A DNA stretch of 62,387 nt from Alphaproteobacteria bacterium (GTDB taxonomy: Bacteria; Pseudomonadota; Alphaproteobacteria; UBA11222), in NCBI GenBank assembly GCA_009693835.1, contig SHWM01000004.1, positions 1 to 62,387 of the forward strand, in the 5' to 3' direction. Of the stretch, positions 10,454-20,234 are shown one piece after another (within the stretch, counting starts at the first letter, position 1; each line of letters begins with the position of its first letter). The notes below the pieces were generated by a model that was not told where the DNA came from, searched no databases, and worked only from the letters and a program-made list of their open reading frames with translations. The translations under genes and the position numbers were made by a program.

Positions 10454-10948
10454 TGGCTACTCATTAACCAAAATATCTGCCTGTTTTAAGATGCAGTTGT
10501 TCATATTACACTTAACGGGAAGATTTTTTTGTATGGGCTTTCGAAAAGCCTAAAATTGTGATAATATTAACACGCATCGGAGTTTTGTCTTTATTGATTG
10601 GGAGAGCATGAACCTGGCTAGATACTTGGACGTTTCATATGGTGGTACCATACTATGTGGTTTTGATTCCAGTCAGTTAAGTATAACCGATTCTAGTTTT
10701 ATGGGACGTCTGAGTTGCATATAGAGGATCGCCAGCAAAGGGTAAGCAAAGGCCCAGAAAAGGTGATGTCAATCGTTCGGGTATTTCCTGCTGGCGCAGC
10801 ATATCTGTCCGGGCTGGCCAACCTTCAATTTAACAGAAGGCTCCATTTTGTATTAAATAACTACATATATTGCCGCCTGTTTTAATACATGAATTGCAAA
10901 CATATATTATTTTAGCTGCATGGCTATGGGGCGAAAGAGAGAATAAAG

Positions 10949-12046
10949 ATGATCAAGCAGGTTAAACAGACAACGAAAAAAGTCAAACCCGTCCCCGTAA
11001 AAACATCGGCGGGAAAGACCCTGGCTGCGGCCAGCCGCAAAGCTTCTGCCCGCGTCACCGTCTCGAAAAAAGCCGCTTCGCCGAATAGCGCCGGTTCGCG
11101 CACCCCGGCAAAGGCATCCAGAAAGGTAAAAACGCCAGCTAGAACGGTGTCAAAATCAGGTAAAGTGACAGAAAAACTATCTAAAACACAGACTAAGACC
11201 CCAAAATCAGCCCCAAAAGCCGCTCCCAAGGATACAAAATCGACGCGTGGCACCATCACGGGCCGCAAACCGGCGCCGGCCAAGCCGTCACGGGCCAAAT
11301 CCATCGCCGACAGCAAAAAGGCCCCGGCGATGGCCAGAAAGGTAATCCCGGAAACGCCCGTGGAAAAGGCTTCTCCAAAGAAAATTGTCGGGCAGGCGCC
11401 CAAAGCGCCGGCCAAGGCCATGGTCCAGAAAGATAAATCAGTACCGCAGGCTCAGAAAAAGCCTGCCGGACCGGAGATTGTCAGTCCTGCCGCTGCATTG
11501 CCGGCCAGCAAGACGGTAGCGGCGCCCGCGGCGCCTTACAATGCGCCCAGTGAATTCGATGGTTTCAAGGTGAATGACCATGTGGTCTATCCGACGCATG
11601 GGGTCGGCAAGATCGTGGCCGTGGAGGCGCAGGAAATCGCCGGAACGCGGCTTGAACTCTTCGTGATTTCCTTCGAGCAGGAAAAGATGACCCTGCGCGT
11701 CCCCCTGGGCAAAGCCAAAGCGGTGGGAATGCGCATATTGTCCAGCCGCGACACGGTCCGTGCCGCCCTCAAGACCCTGCAGGGCCGCGCCCGGATCAAG
11801 CGCACCATGTGGAGTCGCCGCGCGCAGGAATATGAAGCCAAGATCAATTCAGGCGATCTGCTGCTGATTGCGGAGGTCGTGCGCGATCTGCACCGGGCCG
11901 AAGGGCAGCCAGAGCAATCCTACAGCGAACGCCAGATCTATGAATCAGCGCTGGAACGGATGGCGCGTGAAGTGGGCGCGATTGAGGAGCTGGACAATAG
12001 CGCCGCGATGGAACGGGTGGGGATCGCGCTTAAAAAAGCCGCCTGA
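10949..12046 (+). CDS. carD: CarD-family RNA polymerase-binding regulator with a ~200-aa Lys/Ala/Pro-rich N-terminal extension
   Basis: C-terminal half FKVNDHVVYPTHGVG..MWSRRAQEYEAKINSG..SYSERQIYE. Confidence 0.9.
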   Translation: MIKQVKQTTKKVKPVPVKTSAGKTLAAASRKASARVTVSKKAASPNSAGSRTPAKASRKVKTPARTVSKSGKVTEKLSKTQTKTPKSAPKAAPKDTKSTRGTITGRKPAPAKPSRAKSIADSKKAPAMARKVIPETPVEKASPKKIVGQAPKAPAKAMVQKDKSVPQAQKKPAGPEIVSPAAALPASKTVAAPAAPYNAPSEFDGFKVNDHVVYPTHGVGKIVAVEAQEIAGTRLELFVISFEQEKMTLRVPLGKAKAVGMRILSSRDTVRAALKTLQGRARIKRTMWSRRAQEYEAKINSGDLLLIAEVVRDLHRAEGQPEQSYSERQIYESALERMAREVGAIEELDNSAAMERVGIALKKAA

Positions 12047-12049
12047 CGC

Positions 12050-13498
12050 TTATTGCGCGATTACTTTAACCCGCATGCCGGGGGTAAGGACAAGTTCTGG
12101 GCCGAACCCGTTCAGGATGCGAAACCGTGGCTCCCGATAATCTTCAAACGGCATACGCGCCGCGATGCTGGCGACGCTGTCCCCCGGCCTGACTGGAATA
12201 CTGATGACGCGCTGCGGACGGGTGTTCGCGGCTTCAGCCTGACTTAAAACATGAAAGCTGTAGGTAAACCGCCGCAGTTCCGCCTGCAGGTCAGGGCCGG
12301 GCTCTTCCGGCATCAGGATCATGATGCGCGCCGCCTTGTCCGGGGCCAAGCCAATTGCGATCAACCGCACAAGGCCCCGGCCGGCATTTGTGGCGATCGC
12401 GGTTTCCGCCGTCGCGGCCTGCATGCCATTGATGATCAGCCCTTCCGGATTATGCAGGGAGACATCATTGGCCCATTCCGATGTCAGATAGACGGCCATG
12501 GAGGTTGGCCTTCGCAGCGGCGCTATGTCGAACTTGATTTTATACTCCCCGGGGCCGCTGGCAATGATGGCCTCCGGCCCATCCTTTACTTTGAAACCAG
12601 GCGGTACGGTAAAGGCGAATCCCAGTTTGGGATGTAAAAAGGTACGGTCGCGCACATAACCCTGTTCCGGGCTGCCGTCATAAGTCAGGCCCTCAATGCT
12701 GTTCAGAAATTCATCGCGCAGGCGGGGCCGGGATTCGACCGGCACGCCCGAGGCGCGGGCGGCGTTGATGGCCTCCGCCACACGCTTGGCGGTCATCGGA
12801 TGGGTCGCCAGAAATTCGCTGGGCCGGGGGTTTTTGCCGCCCTCGATCGCTGATTCCAGCGCATCATTGGCTTCCAGTGAATGCAGGAAATCCGCCTCCG
12901 CATAGGGATCATAACCGGTGCGCGCCAGATAGCGCACGCCTAGCTGATCGGCCTCATATTCCTGTTTGCGCGAATAGCTGAGCAGATAAAGCTGGCCGCC
13001 CTGCTGCACCAGATTGCTGACAATCTGATTGCCCAGCAGCGCGTCCAGCAGCGCCCCGCCGATCGCCATTCCGACCCCCCGGTTGTAGCGTTGCGCCGTA
13101 TGCCGGGCCGCGACATGCCCGACCTCATGCGCCAGCACGCTGGCCAGTTCCGCCTCGTTGTTGGCCAGCGCTATCAGCCCGCGCGTCACATAAACATATC
13201 CCCCAGGCAGGGCGAAGGCATTGACTACAGGGCTGTCCAGCACGGTAAAATGAAAGCGCTGGCCCGGTATATCCGAATTGGCGACGATACGCCCGCCGAT
13301 GGACGCGACATAGCCGGAGACTTGGGGTTCGTCATAGACACCGCCATATTGTTTGATGATTTTTGGATGTTCCTCCGCGCCCACGTGCAGTTCCTTCGAT
13401 TTGGACATGAATTGCGCCTGGGCGGGTGCGCTGACAATCGGCGGCACACCAATGGCCGCGCCGATCAGCAGACAGGCAAATTTGGCGGAAAATTTCAC
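12050..13498 (-). CDS. M48-family metalloprotease (BepA-like) with C-terminal LysM-like domain
   Basis: NAFALPGG, HEVGH, YSRKQEYEAD, THP; C-terminal VRPGDSVASIA. Confidence 0.88.
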   Translation of the reverse strand: MKFSAKFACLLIGAAIGVPPIVSAPAQAQFMSKSKELHVGAEEHPKIIKQYGGVYDEPQVSGYVASIGGRIVANSDIPGQRFHFTVLDSPVVNAFALPGGYVYVTRGLIALANNEAELASVLAHEVGHVAARHTAQRYNRGVGMAIGGALLDALLGNQIVSNLVQQGGQLYLLSYSRKQEYEADQLGVRYLARTGYDPYAEADFLHSLEANDALESAIEGGKNPRPSEFLATHPMTAKRVAEAINAARASGVPVESRPRLRDEFLNSIEGLTYDGSPEQGYVRDRTFLHPKLGFAFTVPPGFKVKDGPEAIIASGPGEYKIKFDIAPLRRPTSMAVYLTSEWANDVSLHNPEGLIINGMQAATAETAIATNAGRGLVRLIAIGLAPDKAARIMILMPEEPGPDLQAELRRFTYSFHVLSQAEAANTRPQRVISIPVRPGDSVASIAARMPFEDYREPRFRILNGFGPELVLTPGMRVKVIAQ

Positions 13499-14277
13499 TC
13501 CAGTACCTCAATCTGTTCAGGGTGGCTGACACGCACCATCGGCCCGTTCCAATATTGCAGCCAGCCGCGCACCCGCACATTTTTGCCGGGATAGTTTTTC
13601 GGATCTGCCGCCGCCGCAAAATGCGGCCAGTCGCGGCGCTCAATGACGGCGGTAAAGTCCGTCTTATAGTCCGTTCCGAAATTCAAAAAAATATAATCGC
13701 TGATTTTGGCGAATTTTAGAACCCTGCCCTCCACCAGTTGAAAGGTGTCCATGACGCCATGAAGATTTTCGGGCCGCCGGACCGCATAAAAATCCAGCGA
13801 CCACAGGCCGCGGTGCGCCGCCCGCGCCTCCTGTTCCAGCGTCAGCATTTCGGCAGCCAGCGCGCGATTATCGCTGAATGTATACACCCGCGCCATGCCC
13901 CGGCGCAGCATTTCCCCCTGGATCCACAGCCCGTCCCCGGACCGGTATAGATGCGCCAGTGTTCTGCGATAGCGGTCCTGACGCGCCCCGCCATAGTGCA
14001 ACCGCACACTATGATCCTGCGTGAGTTCAATTAACGTCTCGCGGGCCTGCTCCGCCAGCGGCCAGGGCCTGAAGCCCGGACGGCCCAGCGCCAGTTTCGG
14101 GGCCTGCAGGCCCGCCAGCCGCACCACCACGCCATTGTCCAGGGTCAGCGTGTCGCCGTCGCTGATTTCCCGGACAGGATATTCCCGGTTGTCCTGCGCG
14201 GGTTCCTGCGCCTGCGCCGCCTGTAGTTGCCAGGGCAGGAAAAAAATAAACAGGCGGGTCAGAAGACAAAGGCGCAT
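13495..14277 (-). CDS. Exported thermonuclease (SNase) family protein with C-terminal OB-fold
   Basis: Signal peptide from ATG 14277; DGDT, VRLAGLQAP, DRYRRTLA, RGLW. Confidence 0.85.
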   Translation of the reverse strand: MRLCLLTRLFIFFLPWQLQAAQAQEPAQDNREYPVREISDGDTLTLDNGVVVRLAGLQAPKLALGRPGFRPWPLAEQARETLIELTQDHSVRLHYGGARQDRYRRTLAHLYRSGDGLWIQGEMLRRGMARVYTFSDNRALAAEMLTLEQEARAAHRGLWSLDFYAVRRPENLHGVMDTFQLVEGRVLKFAKISDYIFLNFGTDYKTDFTAVIERRDWPHFAAAADPKNYPGKNVRVRGWLQYWNGPMVRVSHPEQIEVLE

Positions 14278-14338
14278 CGCCGCAGTGTAGCAAATAAACC
14301 GGTCTGGCCTCCGAACTGATTCATGATAGGACAACATA

Positions 14339-14881
14339 ATGGTTCCAGAGCAGGGGGTTCGGGTGTTCAAAATCTTTCAGTGCGGCGCCGTGGCCATGGC
14401 CCTATGGGTAGCGGGTGCAAACACCGGACTGGCGGCCAGTCAGGACGGCGATCTGATGGCCTTTTCCGCCGCCTATTTTGATGTCAACCAGCGCGGGAAG
14501 GAAGCTGGCGAGTTCCGTATCGAATATCGCGCCGATGAACATATGTGGATTTTCAAACCGTTCGGCGGTGCGATGGCGACGACCCAGGGCTCGGTGCATG
14601 GTTTTGCAGGGGTGTTGATCGATATTCCCTTATGGGACCGGATTTACGTCACACCGAGTTTTGCGCCCGGCCTTTATTATCGGGGCAATGGCAGTGATCT
14701 GCATCATACGGTCGAGTTCCGCAGCCAGATCGAAATCACCTACCGCTTTCCAAATGGGCACCGGTTCGGGGCCAGTTTCAACCATATTTCCAACGCCAAT
14801 CTGGGTAACGACAATCCCGGCGTGGAGAGCGCGGCGTTGACCTATATCGTCCCGTTCGATGCGATTTTTGCGGGCCGCTGA
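14339..14881 (+). CDS. Acyloxyacyl hydrolase / lipid A 3-O-deacylase (PagL-like) outer-membrane beta-barrel
   Basis: Signal peptide; EFRSQIE, HISNA..NPGVES catalytic motif. Confidence 0.82.
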   Translation: MVPEQGVRVFKIFQCGAVAMALWVAGANTGLAASQDGDLMAFSAAYFDVNQRGKEAGEFRIEYRADEHMWIFKPFGGAMATTQGSVHGFAGVLIDIPLWDRIYVTPSFAPGLYYRGNGSDLHHTVEFRSQIEITYRFPNGHRFGASFNHISNANLGNDNPGVESAALTYIVPFDAIFAGR

Positions 14882-14890
14882 TCCGGCCGC

Positions 14891-16054
14891 TCAGGCGATC
14901 GCTACCAATAATTGCCGCAAAAAGCCGTCGCAGGCGTTGAGTTCCGCGACCGCCACAAATTCATCGGGCTTGTGCGCCTGTTCGATATCGCCCGGCCCGC
15001 ACACCACGGCGGGGATGCCCGCGTCCTGGAATATGCCCGCCTCGGTGGTATAGGACACCGCATGCAGGATATTCGACCCCCGTAATGCAGTGACCAGCGC
15101 CTCGGCGGGCGATCCCTCGCGCGGGGCCAGCGGCGGCACATCGGCGCGCTGCCTGATAATGATATTGGCCTGCGGTGAAATGGCGCGCAAGCCCGGCAGC
15201 ACGGTTTGCATGGCATAGGCGGTGAAGCGGGCGGCGAGTGCGTCCGGGTCCTGATCGGGCAGGGGGCGGATTTCCCACTGAAACCGGCACCGGCGCGGAA
15301 TAATGTTCAGCGCCGTGCCGCCCTCGATGGTGCCGACATGGATGCTGGTATAGGGCGGATCGAATCGCCCCGAGGCATCGCCCTGGTGCTGCATTTCGGT
15401 TCGCATCGCATGCAGAAAATTGATCAGCTGCACCGCCGCGTCGATGGCGTTAACGCCCAGATGCGGGGTGGACGAATGCGCCTCAACCCCGATGATCTCG
15501 GTGGTGAAGGTGCGGATGCCCTTGTGGCTGTTGACCACCCGCATCATGGTCGGCTCGCCGACAATCACCGCTTTGGGCGCGGGCAGATGCGCCGCAATGT
15601 GGCGCACCATGGAATGCACGCCAAGGCAGCCGATTTCCTCATCATAGGAAAACGCCAGATGCAGCGGCGTGCGCCCGATGCCGGCCACAAATTCGGGCGT
15701 CAATGACAGCGCGCTGGCGATGAAGCCTTTCATGTCTGCGGTGCCGCGCCCATACAGGCGGCCGCCTTCCTCGCGCATCTCAAACGGGGGGCTGCGCCAG
15801 TCCTGACCATCCACCGGCACCACATCCGTGTGCCCGGACAATACAATGCCGCCCGGCGCGTCCCTGGGCCCGATGGTGGCGTACAGATTGGCTTTGGTGC
15901 GGGCGTCGTTATGGATCAGTGTGGACGCCACCCCATGCCCGTCCAGATAATCGCGCACATATTCGATCAGCGCCAGATTGGATTCTCGGCTGGTGGTGTC
16001 AAACGCCACCAGCCGCTCCAGCATGTTTCGTGTACTGATGATTGTGCCAGGCAT
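14891..16054 (-). CDS. argE: Acetylornithine deacetylase (M20 family)
   Basis: LSGHTDVVP, GRGTADMKGF, YDEEIGC, GEPT, AHKPDE. Confidence 0.92.
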   Translation of the reverse strand: MPGTIISTRNMLERLVAFDTTSRESNLALIEYVRDYLDGHGVASTLIHNDARTKANLYATIGPRDAPGGIVLSGHTDVVPVDGQDWRSPPFEMREEGGRLYGRGTADMKGFIASALSLTPEFVAGIGRTPLHLAFSYDEEIGCLGVHSMVRHIAAHLPAPKAVIVGEPTMMRVVNSHKGIRTFTTEIIGVEAHSSTPHLGVNAIDAAVQLINFLHAMRTEMQHQGDASGRFDPPYTSIHVGTIEGGTALNIIPRRCRFQWEIRPLPDQDPDALAARFTAYAMQTVLPGLRAISPQANIIIRQRADVPPLAPREGSPAEALVTALRGSNILHAVSYTTEAGIFQDAGIPAVVCGPGDIEQAHKPDEFVAVAELNACDGFLRQLLVAIA

Positions 16055-16062
16055 AAGCGCCC

Positions 16063-17241
16063 CTACCCAAGCACGCCTTTTTTGCGCATCGCGGCGATAT
16101 CGCCGGCGCTGTAGCCCACTTCGGCCAGCACCTCCTCGGTGTGCGCGCCAACCTGCGGCGCATGGCGGCGGATGCTGGACGGCGTTTCGCCAAAGATGAT
16201 CGGCGGGCGGGGGGTGCGCATCGGCCCGGCGTCAGGGTGCTCGGTTTCGATGATCATGCCATTGTGCAGGATTTGCGGATCGCTCAGTATGTCCACCCGG
16301 TTGTTGATTTTGGCGGCGGGCACTTTTTCCCGCTGAAAGCGCGCCACGATTTCGTTAGTGGTGTATTTGGCGACCTCGGCCGCGAAAATTACATTCAGCG
16401 CCTTCTGGTTTTTCTGCCGAGATACGGTTTCCACAAAGCGCGGGTCATTGGCGATGTCGGGGCGTTCAATCGCCCGGCACAGGCCCTGAAACTGTTCGTC
16501 CGTCACCACAAAGCCGACAAAATATCCATCCTTGCTGGCAGGCAGATGATAAATGCCCATTTCGGGCATGCGCGGCGCGTCGCCCATATAGGTGTGGTTG
16601 GACATGGCGTCGGGCCACAGGAACGCGAGACTGGCGTCCAGCATCGCGATCTTGACGTGCTGGCCCATTCCAAAGCGTTCGCGCGCAAACAGTGCGCCCA
16701 GCACGCCCTGGGTCACGGACATAGAGGCGATCTTGTCGCACACGATGGTGCGGACCGGCATGGGCTTGTCCGTGCCGGGTTCGGTCTGCACGCCCATATA
16801 GCCGCTGACCGCCTGAATGACGGGGTCATAGACCGAATCTCCGGCATGCGGGCCGCTGTCGCCAAATCCGCTGATCGATATATAGATAATGTCTTTTTTG
16901 ACCGCCTTGCAGGCTTCGTAGCCAACCCCCAGCCGGTCCACGACGCCGGGGCGGAAATTCTGCGTCACCACATCGGCGCTGGCCACCAGTTTCAGAAAGG
17001 CCTCCTTGCCCTCCGCCGATTGCAGATCCAGCGCCACGCCCCGCTTGTTGCGGTTGATGACGGCAAAGGCCGCCGCCATGCCGCCGCGCATCATGCCGTA
17101 ACGCCGGGAAATATCGCCATTGCCGGGCGCCTCGACCTTGATCACATCGGCCCCCATATCGCCCAGCATCGCGGTGCCGAATGGCCCTGAAACATTGGCC
17201 GTCATGTCCACAATGCGTATTCCGTGCAGGCAGCCGTGCAT
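16063..17241 (-). CDS. Class III (CaiB/BaiF) CoA-transferase, paralogue 1
   Basis: GPFGTAMLGDMGADVIKVE, NRNKR, QNFRPG, SGFG, IVCDK. Confidence 0.92.
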   Translation of the reverse strand: MHGCLHGIRIVDMTANVSGPFGTAMLGDMGADVIKVEAPGNGDISRRYGMMRGGMAAAFAVINRNKRGVALDLQSAEGKEAFLKLVASADVVTQNFRPGVVDRLGVGYEACKAVKKDIIYISISGFGDSGPHAGDSVYDPVIQAVSGYMGVQTEPGTDKPMPVRTIVCDKIASMSVTQGVLGALFARERFGMGQHVKIAMLDASLAFLWPDAMSNHTYMGDAPRMPEMGIYHLPASKDGYFVGFVVTDEQFQGLCRAIERPDIANDPRFVETVSRQKNQKALNVIFAAEVAKYTTNEIVARFQREKVPAAKINNRVDILSDPQILHNGMIIETEHPDAGPMRTPRPPIIFGETPSSIRRHAPQVGAHTEEVLAEVGYSAGDIAAMRKKGVLG

Positions 17242-17303
17242 AAAAGTCTCTCCCTCTGATATGGTTCTGTGATGCGTGGGTAATTGGACGGGCTGGTCTT
17301 GTC

Positions 17304-18482
17304 CTAGCCAAACAGCCCCTTCGATTTCAGTGTTGCAAGTTCGTCTGCGCTGACGCCGATCTCGCGCAGAATTTCATCTGTGTGCTGACCAACCTTTGGG
17401 GCCATGCTGCGCACGCTGGACGGCGTTTTGGAAAATTCAATGGCCGGGCGCGGAAAACGCACCTTGCCCAGCTTGGGGTCGTCGATCTCCATAATAAGTT
17501 TGTTGTGGACGATCTGCGGATCGTTCACCAGATCCTCGCGCAGGTTGATTCTGGCGCAGGGCACCTGCTCCTTGGCGAACCGGGCGACAATGTCAGCGGT
17601 GGTCAACGTGGCGATCACCTCGGATGCAAACGCGCTCAATTCCTTCATTTTTGGCATGCGCTCAACCGGCCCGGCATATTGCGGGTCCTTCGCCAGATCC
17701 GGCAGGTTAAGGGCGCGGCACATGCCCTGAAATTCGCTGTCGCTGACAAAGATAAAGGTGATGAAGCCGTCCAGGGTTTTCGCCACATTCAGCAGCGTGC
17801 TGATTTCCGGCAGATGCGGCGCGCCCACATAAGTGTGGTTGGACATGGCGTCCGACCATAAATAGGCCAGCCCCGCATCCAGCATGGTGATCTTGACATG
17901 CTGCCCGCCATTGCCCCGTTCGCGCGCGAACAGGGCGGCCAGGATGCCCTGGGTGGCGGTCATGGCGGCGGTTTTGTCGCACACAATGTGGCGCACCGGT
18001 TGCGGCATGCCGGTCACCGGGTCGGCCTGCACCCCCATGAAGCCGCTGACCGCCTGAATGACTGGATCATAGACCCGGTCGGCGCTGAGCGGCCCGGTTT
18101 CGCCAAAACCACTGAGCGACACATAGATAATGTCGTCCTTTACCGCGCGGCAATGCTCATAGCCAAGGCCGATGCGATCCATCACGCCGGGGCGGAAATT
18201 CTGTATCACCACATCGACGGTCTTTACCAGACGGAAGAACAGATCCTTGGCGCCCGGCGCGTTCAGATCCAGCGCGATGGCCCGCTTGTTGCGGTTCATG
18301 ACCGCAAAGGGTGCAGCCATGCCGTCGCGCATCGGGCCATAGCGGCGCGCTAGATCGCCGGGCCCCGGCTCTTCCAGCTTCAGCACGTCGGCGCCCATAT
18401 CGCCCAGAATGCCGGTGGCGAACGGCCCGGATACATTAATGGTCAGATCAAGGATACGTACCCCCTGCAAGGCTCCGGACAT
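17304..18482 (-). CDS. Class III (CaiB/BaiF) CoA-transferase, paralogue 2
   Basis: Same motifs; start MSGALQG at 18482 after AGGAGG. Confidence 0.92.
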   Translation of the reverse strand: MSGALQGVRILDLTINVSGPFATGILGDMGADVLKLEEPGPGDLARRYGPMRDGMAAPFAVMNRNKRAIALDLNAPGAKDLFFRLVKTVDVVIQNFRPGVMDRIGLGYEHCRAVKDDIIYVSLSGFGETGPLSADRVYDPVIQAVSGFMGVQADPVTGMPQPVRHIVCDKTAAMTATQGILAALFARERGNGGQHVKITMLDAGLAYLWSDAMSNHTYVGAPHLPEISTLLNVAKTLDGFITFIFVSDSEFQGMCRALNLPDLAKDPQYAGPVERMPKMKELSAFASEVIATLTTADIVARFAKEQVPCARINLREDLVNDPQIVHNKLIMEIDDPKLGKVRFPRPAIEFSKTPSSVRSMAPKVGQHTDEILREIGVSADELATLKSKGLFG

Positions 18483-18722
18483 TGGCGCTCCCTCCTCTTT
18501 TCTCTGGTTTTTATGGTTTGAACCCATCTTGCTACAGATTTTCAGGGTTGGCTAGGGCAGCGAACAGCCCCAACCAGGGGCGGGGCGGACATTGAGGGGC
18601 TGCCCTCCATGGAAAGACCGAATTTTTTACTTAGTAGGTGCGTGTAGAATTAAACCTTGATCTGATTCTATTTGTATAGCTGCCCTCGGGCGTGATGTTA
18701 TTCTTCCTCGGGGGGAATCGTC

Positions 18723-20206
18723 ATGCCGGACAATCCATTTAGCGCCTTGGTCTATCTCGCTATTGCGGGGTCGGGTGCGATCCTGTTGGACGCCAAGCCG
18801 AAACTGACAGCGCTCATCGGGGGCCATTGGCGGTGACGGTGGCGGTGCTGGGATTTGCGGCCCTAATCGTGTTTGCGGGAAGCTTTTATCGCTACGATGT
18901 CTTGCTAGGCGAGGGGGAAAAACCTGAGGGCACACCGGCGCGCGCTGATTATGACGCGCTAAGAAAATCGCTTCAGACGGGCGGCCTGCCTGTTCAGCTA
19001 TATACCGACTGGCTGACCGTCTTTCTCCGCGCCGTTGACCGGTTTTTCGGTGACGCGGATGTGACTACACACGGCAGCGCCGCCCGCCTGTTCGGTTTGC
19101 GCGCCCCCGCCGCACTATGGACCGCCCCCGCCTATGACCGCTGCCTGCTGCTGGCGCTGGTCTATCCCATTGCGACCATCCTGATCATCTGGGCTATTTC
19201 TGGCCATGTCGGCCCGGCAGAAACGGTTCTGGGGCTTGCCCCCGGCGTTGAAGGGTGGCGTCGCGGATTAGCCATCGCGTCTCTTGCAGTAATTGTATTT
19301 GCAGTGAGGTGGGCCGATGTGACGAATGGTTGGTCATCCGTTATCTGGCATAATTTCGCTGTCGCTATCGCTATCGCTGTCGCTATCGCTGTCATTAGCG
19401 TTGTCGCTGTCATTGGCGCTGTCGCTTTCGCTGTCAAGAGCACAAATAATCGTAGCGTAGCAAGTGGACAGCAACATGTTTTTCAGGTGCTGTTCACCCT
19501 GTTGCTGATTGCACTCATCTTGACTGGGCCCTATTTTCTTTCGTCGAATAATACATGGCAGGTCAGCGGATCTATGTTGTTACTTGCGGGCCTGCTGACG
19601 CTGCTCAACGCGCCGTTTGACTGGCTGTCGCCTGGGCTGACGCGGGGGTTGTTGCGGCGGGGGATCGAGCAGGGCGGGTGGTGGCCCTATGGGCTGGCGC
19701 TGGCGGATGCCGCGGCGGCAGTGGGGGTCATCGCCGTTCTGTCCTGCACAATGGTCGTCGGGATTCAGACATTCGATTATGTGGCCGTGCTGGGGGGCGG
19801 CCTGCCCATTCTTCCGTTGCGCGAACTTTTTGATGGCATTGGTGCGCATCCCCATGCCCCGGAATTCTGGTGGATTTATGCACTACTGTTGTCGACCATG
19901 ATTCCCAGCGTGATCAATCCGGCCATTGGCGGCACGGCCTTGCTGCGCGGGATACCGGGCGTTCGGTCCAGGTTATTGCGCTTTATGCCAGCCGACAAGG
20001 CGGTTCCCGCCTATAACCGTTCCTGGATGGCCCTCACCCTGACCATCCAATGGGGCATCGGCATCGTACTGGGCGTTGCGGCGCAATTCATCCTGCTATG
20101 GCTCATTGCCAGTCAGATCATGCCGTGGCTCGGATTTGGTCTGCTCGATATGGCGCGTGATCTGGAGGCCTTTAATCTTCCGCTTCGGGTGCATCAGCTA
20201 TTTTGA
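18723..20206 (+). pseudogene. Uncharacterised multi-pass membrane protein; probable true start 18723 with a frameshift in G5 at 18819-18823 (ORF track calls 18827-20206)
   Basis: G-rich RBS-like sequence then ATG 18723 MPDNPFSALVYLAIAGSGAILL..LIGG. One extra G joins it to PLAVTVAVL of the main ORF. Many hydrophobic segments. Confidence 0.55.
19358..19435 (+). repeat. Degenerate coding hexamer tandem repeat (GCTGTC/GCTATC)n
   Basis: Encodes AVAIAIAVAIAVISVVAVIGAVAFAV. Confidence 0.8.
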
Positions 20207-20234
20207 TCCTGCGGCGAATGATACTTCTCCATGC

